From Paragordius varius (taxonomy: Eukaryota; Animalia; Nematomorpha): a DNA stretch of 64,000 bases. The notes beneath the pieces were generated by a model. That model had not been told where the DNA came from, searched no databases, and saw only the letters and a list, made by a program, of their open reading frames with translations. Positions 40,002 to 52,025 of this stretch are shown here, piece by piece (position 1 is the stretch's first letter; every line of letters begins with the position of its first letter). Made by a program: the position numbers and the translations under genes. Where the stretch lies: contig OZ176053.1 of NCBI GenBank assembly GCA_964247055.1, positions 3,968,001 through 4,032,000 of the forward strand. The letters run 5' to 3'.

Positions 40002-43000
40002 ATGAAAAGGAAAAATTTAGACTATCCAAAATTAAGACGTACAAGTAGGCGAACAAAAATAAATGAATACACATATAGCAGGTAATTAATTATTATATGT
40101 TATAGCTCATTTATTTATATTAAATTTTTTTTGATATGGGCTATTGTCCTTCTGGCAGATTTTATGCTGGAATTTCGTTTCGAATATTTATGGCCATTTT
40201 GGTTGCTAATAAGAAGCGTATACGATTCGTTTAAATACCAAGGATTGGTAAAATTATATATATTTTTAGGCCTTTTCTGTATTTTTTGTTTTTATTGCAT
40301 TAACCTCTGATATGATTTGTCTTTTGACTATACCAGTTCATTGGTTATTTTTTGCAGCCAGTACCTATGTTTGGGTCCAATTTATATGGCATACAGGTTT
40401 TATAAATGATAAAGTTTTAGAAAAAGGAATATGTTTGCCCACTATATCTTTGTGGCTCTTATTTGTTTATATTGAGGCTTCAGTTCGCCTAAGAGAACTT
40501 AAAAATGTCCCATTACACCTTGATCTATGTCGACCTTTTGCGGCCCATTGGTAATGTATTTCACTAATTATATAGTATTGGTTACCCAATGGTTACACTT
40601 GGTTTTGGTTTCAAAAGTTATATTGGATATCGACTGCGAAAGGTTTTTTCATCATTTAATCGTTTCTAGAAAAAACAGCAAGATATTGCTAATGAAAATG
40701 CTTTTTATTACGATTTAATGAAAAAAGCTTTACCAATGGAATACATTGAAGAGGAAGTTGTTCAAATTAATCCCAAAAGTATATTTTTTATTATAATTTA
40801 TTAGACAACGTAAAAGCAAACGGATATTGCAAAGATGTCCACATTCCAAATGGTATAAACATTTTTTCGCATATTTTAAATATTATAAAATCTAAATTTA
40901 TTTTTCATAGGAATTGCCCACACAAATGAGACAAATGATGATCATCATCAACATCATACCAAATCCATATCCCCTCACAGGCGCACTAATGGCTCGCTTC
41001 ATACAACACATATTCCTAGACACCAATCTCAATCACATCATCATCACCGCAACCAGAGTGATCATGGCACGACTCTAAATAGCGATACAACCAATTATTC
41101 ATTTATAGGATCGCTATTTAAACATTATCAACACATAAACAGCAATCCCATTAATGATGTTGATGAATCCGCTCACAAAGACGATTCCACAACAATAATC
41201 GACTCAGCAATGCAAACTCGTCACCCCGTGGGTGGTCGCATTATTTATGCCATTACTCGAATCATATGTTTCCTTTGTGCCACAATTTATTCATCTATCA
41301 ATCTGCTAGTTTTCACACAACCGGAAAAGCGAATAACGGATCATTCTAAAACCTCGCATGAATCTCAATCGCAGCTATTATCAAATAAACGATCTACCTC
41401 CTGTAATTCCCAAAATTCAGAATACACAGCTAATAAAGTACCAACATCAAATTTGACAAAAGATGCAGCCATAAGACGGCATAGTACACATTCATCTTTG
41501 GTTAATAGAACCGTCTTAAATAACCAAAATATACCCAAAACTAGAAGTAATAAATCGACGGTGGCAAATGATAAATTGAATATACATCCTCGTTCGCGAT
41601 CAGAACATGAATCCTTAGACGAAGATGATAATATTGATATTCAAATAAATAATGAAACAGTTCAACACTATCGTTCAAACGAACATTTATCCAAAAGTGT
41701 TAGCGAAGAATTAGATTCTCATCGCTCCTTTCTACAACAATGTAATGATTTAAAATTTCCATCCTTTTTTACGACAGATGGACCTGAAAAGTATTCCATA
41801 CAAGGCAATGAAAGAAAAGACGACAGCGCACCCAATATTATAAAGGGTGGAAAATCAACATCTAGTTCACTCCAGCAAGGCTTAAAGAAAGATAAAAAGC
41901 AGCATACACAAAAGAGCAAAATAGCATCGACAACGAAATCGTCATACGTTAAACTCGATGATAAAAACAAGCGAATATCTTCTGATGATGCTCGTGATTC
42001 CGACACTGGTGATATGACATCATCTTCCCTGGAATATATCGAATATAACAGTGATAGTTTGGTCCATAAAAACAAATTTTGTTTGCCACCTCATGGGAAC
42101 ACATTGTCAACCGCAAATACATCATCAATGAGCAATGGTGGAAATGGAAAAGCGGCTGCTATTATATTTTGTACCGCCGCATCCTCCATCATAACAACCA
42201 TGTGCAATATGAGTAAAAGTATTTTTACACAAACCTTAGCTTATACTTCAAGCACGACTACAACCAATGTTGTATCATTAATGTCAAGCAGTTGTGGTAC
42301 TAATAGTATATTGACAACGACATCATGCTCAGTTACAAAACAATCTTCTAATTCATATGGCGTTGCTAACACATTTTTGGGTAATCTTAAATCTACCCTT
42401 TTCCCATCCACCAATCAGCATAATAAGGGCCGGGGCAGTTTATCATCAGAGGTCAGACTAATTTCATCTTCTATACTACCAAATATTAAAACTGATAATA
42501 ATACTACGTTACATACTACTGTGATAAATTCTCATCTCGTTAACAACAAAGGTAATAATAGCTCTAATAACAATACTACGATTACGGCATCCTTAAATGG
42601 ATTTTGGGGTCAATTCATGAATACTAACAACGCTGCTCATCATCATCATCATGTTAACATGGGAGAAAAAAGTGAAAACAAAAATTTAGAACCAAACTCA
42701 TACACGGACATTCGTCATTTCCCTGTCCCAAATGGTGACTTGCACGGTATAATGAACCATTTAAACGATATTAATACACTAGCTCCGCACAGCCAGAAAT
42801 CAAATAACCCATTATCAACAACAAATTCTTTAATCGTTTCTGACACTTACAAGTAGGATTTTTGCGTTCGTTTTTTCTCAAAAATTTTAAATGCCAATTT
42901 ACTTTAGATGTTGTTTTTATTACTTAAGATTCTTAATATGTTTAATTAAAACGATATAGGTTTAGCAACAAATATCCCTTTAACATGTTTTATTATCCTT

Positions 43001-46000
43001 TCTAAAAACTAAAAATTAAGGTGAAACATGAAAATGTTTTGGTCCAAAAGGTGTGTATAATTATACTAACAATTTATTGATTATTTTTGTGTTAGTGTGT
43101 ATGCGTGTGTTAGTGTGTAGGAGTCTGTCTTTTCTAAGCCAAAAGAAATTTACTTATACATATATGTTAAGCACAGTAACTTATTTCTTTAATGATTAAT
43201 TATTTAACATGAATGTAACTTTTTTGCACATATATTATCGGAATATTAGCACCTTCTAATAATCACGCATTTTTAGCATTTTTCTTCTTATTATTATTAT
43301 ATTTACATTTAATTAAAAAATAAATTTAAACCATGCAAAATAATAATGTTTAACAAAAAAATTATAATAATTATTTTTCTTATATTGTGTGTGTGAGATA
43401 TATAAGTATTATATGTTTGAAGATATAAAAAATATTTTTTCTAAAAAATCAATAAATTTAGCGCAAAAAATAGTAGTACAATTATATGTTAGCTTGCTTA
43501 GGCATTGTATGAACACAATATTGCCACATTATTAAAAACGAACAAAAAAATAAGAAAATTAATAAGTAGCTTTATACCGATATATTATATATTTATATAT
43601 TATGATTTTATTAATATTATATAGACTACTGCCAAAATTCTCAATATTATAATATGTCTAAATTTAATTCTTAACTATATTAAATTTATCAATAATATCT
43701 CACGTACTTTTTTTCCCTTTCCAATTATTGCCATATAATAGAGTACAAAGATATATTATTATTTAATGCTTGATTTTTTGTTTTTGTTGATAATAAATTT
43801 TTAATACAGTAGTTGTGCCTAATGCGTTATAGATTACAATGTTTTGAGAGTTCACAAGGGTATTCATACAATTTTATTGGATTTTTTGTGCTAAGATTTT
43901 ACCGCCAGAACCAATATTGATGGCTTAAAAAGTTTTTTTAAATGGTGCATATCGCCTTTTTTAAAGCAGGGAAACTAAAAAAAAATTTTAACCGAGTTTA
44001 TGTCCTTAGTAAGATTCGTTAAGCCATTAACAATATTACACATTACTGTATCTAAATGAAATCTTACAATACTTTTGTGTTATGGAGGTATAAAATTTGA
44101 CAGGAATCTCAAAATTTTTTTTGCATTATTGAAAATTTATTTTTTTCATTATTTTAGAATGGAAATCGATATTAAAAAATTGAAGAATGATCTCTTAGCT
44201 AGTCGCTCGTGTGAACAGGAATTACGCAACCAAATACTAGTGTTACAAAATGGTGAAAAATATGCGAAAAATGAAATTTATCAATTAAAACATGACAATG
44301 ATATGTTACAAGCCAAGTAATTTATAACTGCATTTCTTAAAATATTTGATTTAATATAAAATTGATCAGACTCGCATTAGATATAATTAATTTTTTAACA
44401 TAGGTATATCGTTTCATGATGTAGGATAAAATTTGATGCATAACACGGGCATTAACATTCACGTTTAAAAAATAGTTGATAATAAAGATATAATATTTTT
44501 GCATATCAAACAAAATAAAACGGTATTTTTCGATAAATTTATAAAAGAAATAAAGCTTAATTTTTTAGTTACCGCCAAATAGAGAATTAATATTGGAGTT
44601 AAAGCTTTTGACATTGGAAATATTTTATTTCGTTATGATATTAATAGGCAATATATGTCTTTTATGTATTATATAGTTAGTTCTTTAGCAATTAATCGTT
44701 AAACACTCTTGTGAATTCGTAATTTTATCATTATAAGTGCTCGTAATTAATTCCAACTTGGTTATTTTGTATCCAAATTATATTTTCTTTCAGTAATGGG
44801 CACTTTTAATTCATCAATTTAGGACCCTTTTGCAACATATAAATACTGGCAAGCGTTGAAATTTATATATATTATTTTACACATTAATTCCGTTTGATTA
44901 GTGATGATTAAACTTATGACCGTGATTGTAATTGCATTTAAATACCGAATCCAATTTTTATACATTTCACGTGTTTAATAAAAAAAATAATTAAAAACCT
45001 AAAAATATGATAAAATATGAAATTTACCCTTTGTGAAATCTTGTTTATTTGTCATAAAAATGTCAATAACATCACTAAAAAAGTTTAATTGATTCTAATA
45101 TTTCTTAAAGCTGCCATAATTTTGCGTTTTGGTATAGGTTAATATTTATGGTTACTCAGCATTCATCTGTTGATATTTTAATCCTAATTTTATACTTAAT
45201 TCAAAATTTACTTTTTACATATTTTTTATTTATTATATTCATTATCACAAATTTATATTTTCATGTTTTTTTCCCCAGAATCAATAGTCTTTTAAGCCTT
45301 AAACACCAAGAAAAAATGCAATTGTTTGCCGTCGAAAAACGTTTGGCTGAGGAGCAAAAAACGAGAATTAAGCTTGAAACGCAATTAGGAAACAATAATA
45401 CTCATTTGGACAAAAAAGCAAATTACTCTCCAACCACCACCACTACATATAATTCAATCAAGTTTACATTATATATTTTTAGGGTTTTATTAAAATTATT
45501 TCTGTAAACCTAAAAATATGATTTATAAATTATTTTATGGCTAAGTAATTTAATTTAAAATAACATATTAATAATTTTTCGGTTTATAGATGCACCTTTT
45601 TAAAAGATTATTTTCAGTTTTTCTTTTCATTCCGTGAAATTAACAAAAAGGCAGGTTTATTAGACAATATTAAATTTATAAAAATTTAATGAATCTTTTC
45701 TATTAATTATCGCTTTTTCAGTTTAACATAAAGTATCTCGTGCTTAATAGAGTATTAAAATTTGAATTTTTAACCAAATCATTTTACATTGCATTATGAG
45801 ACAGATATAATTTAAAATATATAATAGCAAAAATGAATGCTCAGAATTGTGCAAAACTCAGAGGAAAGATTTAGAAAATGACATCAAACAACTTTGTAAA
45901 GATGCTAAAATACGCCAAGAACAAATGTGGGCAATGGAAAAAGAATTTCAAGTACTTATTGTTTTTTCTTTCTTCCAAACAGTTTTATTTGATTAATGTT

Positions 46001-48808
46001 GTTTACTTATTTATAAAAGTAATTATATTTAGTATTCATTTATTATTTATTTAAAAAACCATTCAATATTTATATTTTTTTCCACAGAGTATGCGTCAAA
46101 AAAAGGAACAACTCAAAGACCATGAAATGCTTATTGTTACTATAAATGCTTTGAAAAATAAGAATGTACACTTAGAAACAAGCTTGAACGCAGAAACTAA
46201 ATTGAAACTTGACTTATTCACTGCGCTTAGTGAGGCCAAACGTAACCTTGAAATTAATCAAAGTATATATATTTTTTTCATATATTATATATAATTATAC
46301 TTTTAATTAATATTTATTTATATTTGGTTAAACCTTGATTTTTGGCTAGAAAAACTATTTGCAAAACATAAATGATGATTCTATATATTTATATAGTATA
46401 ATTAAAAGTTAATTAAATATTTATAAATGTGCATTTATTATTGCAATGTAGGTGATATTAAATTAAACTATTAGTGTTTATATAAAATATTTAACCCCAA
46501 AAATATGTTAACAAACGCGATTGAATCGAATGATCATCACTATTAATATGATTTTATTTTAATTAATTGACGGAACCATTATTTGAAATGTATTTAAACT
46601 ATATCATATTATAAATAAACCCAAGTTCTCATGTAAATAGGCATTCGTATGTTATATTATATTTAAGCTTGGACCACAACCATAAGTAAATTGGAATCAA
46701 CCTAAATTTAGAGTAGCACAAAAGATTGATAATAGCTTAAAACGGTTTTTATAGAAAAATATTTTGTTTAGAATTAACCTGACCTTCTTTATTAAGGGAA
46801 ACTGTTATGTGGCCAAAAATTACGCAATTTTGCTTTACAAATTGTTTTTAAAAATGTGAAAATCACAAAACACCACTTAAACTAGTTAAACCCGGAAACA
46901 GATAAACAGACTTTGTATATAGAAAATCGGTTTAAAATTGTTTCGTAATTCGGTTTCGCCAAGTCATACTATTACTTGTATATAATATAAATATGTAACA
47001 ACCCGCTCTCTGTCTTAACTCTATTAATTTACTCTTGGGTCAAATTATTATTCCAATGATATAAATTGTCTAAATTAAAGCTTATTAACCTCTCTAAAAA
47101 TGAAAAATTAATATAATTTAATTATTTAAACAATGCATTTTAGCTGTTTTACAACGCAAAGAACGCGAAATATCTGATCTCAAATCACGGCTTACACAGC
47201 AACAATGTATTATAACCAGCACCTCAACATCAACATTAAACACATTATTACAATCCGCACCAGTGTTAGGGACCAACACCACCATCACAAATAATAATAA
47301 TACAGTCAAAAGTGTCCCCAAAGCTTTGATAGAAAGTAGTAACATAAATCCGCGATGTAATTCAAGTGGGGACAGTTCTGGACGTGCTTCAGTGTCACAA
47401 AAGTCCTCACATTCAAATAATATCATCTTTCCAGCCACATCGTCTTTTCCCCTTGCTGGCAAACTATTTGTTTCTTGTGATGATTCGACAATTATCACTT
47501 CAACCAGTATGATACCTGATTTGTCAGTTATTAATGTAACAACCATAACAAACTTAACTAATAATAATAATAATTTTTATGGTACATACAACAACACTGA
47601 GTGCAATATGAATGCTGCGGCATCTCCATACTTTTCCTACACAACGTTTGCCAAAAATAATAAAAATATTATTGATAGTAAAAGCATTAATGCTGATATT
47701 GATCCCATCTCTAACTTAGCCATTATGTCTCAATTGTATAATAACAACAGTAACTATCTTCTGAATAGTAATAAAATGACAAATGCATCAGCAGGGCTGG
47801 TTTCAAATAGTCATCATTTATATGACGAATTATTTAATTCTCAAAAACCCAATCCTAATCTTAAGCCGATAAATGATGTTTTGGAAGGAATGAATCCATC
47901 CTCTTTAGCTCTATTTAATTCGTCCATTTTTATGGCATCAAACGAAAGTATAATTGATTAAATCTTTTTAATTTGAAAAAAATTTAAAATTTCATAAAAT
48001 TATCGTAATTTATTATTTTTTGTATCACATAGATTCTAAAACGGGCACAAGTCCAGACATTAATGGCCTATCCCATTCATTTTTGTATTCGACTTCACCA
48101 CATAATCAGGGAAACATGAACAATGCCAATTATTTAAACACATCATCAAACGCTTTTACTGGCAAGTATGTTGGCGATCAAATGTTTGGAGCTTTAAATT
48201 TTAATAGTAATAACAATAACATGAATAATAATTGGTTTGATAGCACATCTCTTTCCTTCAATCCTTACCATCCTGAACAACAAAGGAATGTTTCTTCACC
48301 CATGAACTATGATAATGTTGCAAACAAAAATTATAAGGCTTCAAATAATAATGTTAACTCTACGTTTTATAATAACATCTCATCATCAATTGTACAAACG
48401 GTTCCATCACCATCAAACAACAACAACACTTTTAATAATTTTTTCCATGAACTAGCTGCAACATTTAACGGAAAAAATTCAAACTTTATGGAGCAGGCTG
48501 AAAATAATATTTTTAATGGTAAAAAACTGAAACATAATAAAATGAATGATATGCCCGATACCGACAAATATGACAAGAATAATGATAATGATAAAAATAA
48601 TTTAGAGGCTAATACAGGCATAATTTTTTTGATGGATGGAGGGAATGAGACTTTGTCTTTTCGGAAAAACAAATCGTTTTCAACTAAATCTACATCGCCT
48701 AAGCATAAAAGTACCGATAATGTTAAAAGTAATGTTAAATCAACCGCATCAAATTTAGCGTCTAATAACACTGAGAATCATGAAAAAATTTGTGATGGAA
48801 ATAAATAA
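40002..48808 (+). CDS. MACO1: Macoilin (TMEM57), about 1,621 aa; exons 40002-40081, 40106-40247, 40270-40396, 40421-40550, 40576-40642, 40670-40778, 40805-40852, 40911-42852, 44158-44316, 45279-45461, 45828-45951, 46088-46262, 47144-47947, 48033-48808
   Basis: The N-terminal membrane domain reads LLADFMLEFRFEYLWPFWL, FFAASTYVWVQF, CLPTISLW and DLCRPFAAHCIGYP. Coiled-coil motifs are DIKKLKNDLLASR..EQELR and LNAETKLKLDLFTAL. The exons total 4,866 nt with all phases consistent. The last two exons are less certain. Confidence 0.9.
40082..40804 (+). other. Six consecutive micro-introns in macoilin: 40082-40105 (24), 40248-40269 (22), 40397-40420 (24), 40551-40575 (25), 40643-40669 (27), 40779-40804 (26 nt)
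   Basis: Each is GT..AG and nearly all A/T. Removing introns 1-5 restores the gap-free conserved macoilin sequence. Intron 6 is supported by frame continuity. Confidence 0.9.
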
Positions 48809-51800
48809 TTAGTTTTAGTATTGACAAATTTTAATGTTTAAAAAATTTAATCTATCTTATTTTGCGGCCTTTAATACGCTTTTTGATCCATTTTTTCAAT
48901 TTCAAGCTACTTATAAAATGTGTGTCATTTAGTATTCAATTTTTTAGGTTTTACTCAAAGTTTTTTTAATAATTCATACCATTTATACATTATGTATTCA
49001 GTGTTTTTTATATATATACACAAAACGCACGGCAAAAATTAAACCTTTACATGTTACTCTATCGTAAATTCGTCCTATTATTTTATATAACTATATATTC
49101 ATTCCTATTCATAGTAGGAAACCAAAAATTTGCTTTTATAACAAAAAATAATATTTTGACTATGAAAAATATGTTGGCATCACTTAAATTTTAGTAATAG
49201 ATTTTCAGTGTTATTAGACTTGATTAGATATCTTACCTATACTATTCACAACATAGCTGATGAGACATAAATAAATTGCGTCAATTTTACAATTAATACA
49301 ACATAATGGTTTTGATTTAATTATCTGTGTAAAATTATCGCAAAAAATAAATTGATACATAAATGTTTTAATTCCAAGAAATTCGTTGTTTTTTAGATCT
49401 GGTGGCATTAATATTTAATATATAAATATCACTAAAAGATCATAACGAATGTAATGGTCAATCCAGATATTTTTGGTGAAAACACTGAATCAGGGTATGG
49501 TGTTAAAAAATATCGTGATGAAATATATACAATAAAAATTGAAATTATACGGACAAACTAAAAATACAAAGATACATATTTTTTTTAAGAAAACCATACT
49601 TTTTATATCGATTTTTTAATATATGTAATTGATTTAAACTGTAAAGCAAAAAATAAAGATGTATATTGGTAATACAATCATATGTATTTTCGATTGTAAT
49701 GGTTTTTTGAGGATAAAATAAGTTTTAATATAGTTTTTTGAAAAAAAAATTTGTCATACTTTTACTTGTCCGTACAATTTCAATTTTTACTCTATGCGCG
49801 ATATCAGAAAATCGCAAATAAAAGATTCATTCCAAAAAATTTCATTAAATTTTACTATAAACTATATTTAAAAGGCTTAACAATATTTATAATACAAAAA
49901 ATTTCAAAGTAAGCCCCTTAGGGCGCAAATTTTTGGACCCTTCCAAACTGGTCAAGTTTTCGTAAACTGAAAGCAAACAGGCCGATATTGGGCAATAAAA
50001 ATTTTAAATATTTGCTAAATTTTGACATAAAAAAAAGTTTTCTGAAAAAATGAATTATATTTTGATTGTAAATTTAGCTTATGGCAAAATTTTCGTGAAG
50101 CAGTTTTATTATATTTTTCAGGATGTTGGAAATGGTATAAAACTAAATTAAAATATTATAAAAACACTTTTTTATATAATTTGATGATTCTGAATGTTTC
50201 TATCTATTCAGAATTTTGTTAAAAGGTTAGTTACTTAGAAATTTGATTAAAATTCTGTAAAAAGGCAAATTATAAAATTAAATTTGAGCAAACTAATCTT
50301 TCAATCTTCTTGGAGCGTTGAGGTTCAGCAAGTGTTTTAATAATATTTTAAAACGTTTACATTTCTTATATCAAAATACGATAAAATTCGCTTTACCAAA
50401 ATTTTGCAATAAATTATATTTTTAAGCAATTATTTTAAGCAAAACTCTTTTTGATGTTGAATTTTAGGACATATTAAAAATTTTATCACATATCAGTATT
50501 TTTGCTTTTAAATAAACGAACCCATCTGAGAAGGGTCAAAAATTTGTGATTCATCTTACATTTTGTTTAACATAAATATATTTTGATTTGTAAAAATGAT
50601 TTATGATAATTTTAATAATATTAAAATGAAGCTTTTAGCTTCTTTTATTTAATAAAATGTGCGATTTTTCAAATCAATCAATTACAACAAAAGTGCAAAT
50701 AATTTTTTGATAGCGCTTGTAAGCCCCAAAACTAAAAGCACCATAAAAAACCTGATACATTTTTCTATCAAAATATATATATATTATATATATTTGTCAG
50801 GATATTTTATGTGTATGCTGTGTATAGCAGGATTGGAACAAAATGTTTTTGTGGAAACCAGAACCATAGCTTTTTTTGAACTAATTTTTATACCAAAAAG
50901 GTTAAAACCGGTTCTCAAACCGTTTTTGGAATCGTATCCGCGGTTTCAAATGGTTCTTGAAAAGTAATATTTTATTAATTATGCATATATAAGCACATTA
51001 TTTGTTATTGTTATGATTTCTATTTTAATATTATGAATATTTGTCTACATATTATATAAATGCATTAGATGAATATTTGATTACCATGTTCATTTTATAA
51101 TTACCGTTTGTAATTTGAGTCCAGGTCTCAATATATATATATATATATATAATATACTATAGTTCCAAATGCCGACAACCATTAAAAAAACATGAGAAAG
51201 AATACATGAAATGTAGAAAATATTTCACGCAATATTAAATGAAATTGGATCTTCTAATATTGAAAAATATTTTGAAAGGGAAATATTAACTTTAGTTGCT
51301 TCGTAACAAAAGTTAACGCTCGTTGGAAGATGATCACTATCTATTATAAATTTAACAAAAATAATGGAATCATAACCGATAGCATTTTAACAAAAATAAT
51401 GGAACTGGATTTAGAGCCGGAACCATATGTTCACTAACCGTTTTTTAAAATTTATTTGGGACAGGAAACAAAAAGAATGTCTATGCCAATTATTTTTTAA
51501 TTTTAAAAGCTCATAATCAAAGATTGTCCAATTAAGCAATTGATATAACTTTTACAAATTAGCCGTTAAATCACACATAATCACTTTTAAATATCTCAAA
51601 AAATATTTAATTTTTTAGCAAAAGATCGTCGCATTAGTGTAAAGACATTCCTTAGGGTAACAAACAAACGTCTCTCAAATGGATATGTCAAAATAAAAAA
51701 TGTTTTGTTTGCTTTAATTTAAATTTATTGAATTAGTTTATTATAATATAGAATATTCGTCATAAAATGTCCTACATATTTCATAAGTTGAGTATATTGT

Positions 51801-52025
51801 GTTTGCATTTATATCATGTAATATAAAAATATACTTCGAAAAGGACTAGTAACAATAATTTATATATAATGATAAATCTTTGGTCATATTCCAGTAAGTG
51901 TCTAAAAATTTATATATTTTTAAATGTAAAAAACATCACAAATTTGGTCAAACAACACCCATTCAATTTTTCCAATACTGGATAATGATAATAATTTGTC
52001 TAATAAAATTCAACAAGTCAGAAAA

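Noticed and set aside
47263-48808. Two separate Asn-rich genes, as suggested by the ORF track (likewise 41210-42856)
   Set aside because: In-phase GT-AG junctions link them to the macoilin exons, so they are better read as one gene.
51880-52020. Continuation of LIG4 into a second BRCT domain
   Set aside because: No donor/acceptor pair gave a convincing in-phase match. The 3' end is left unresolved.
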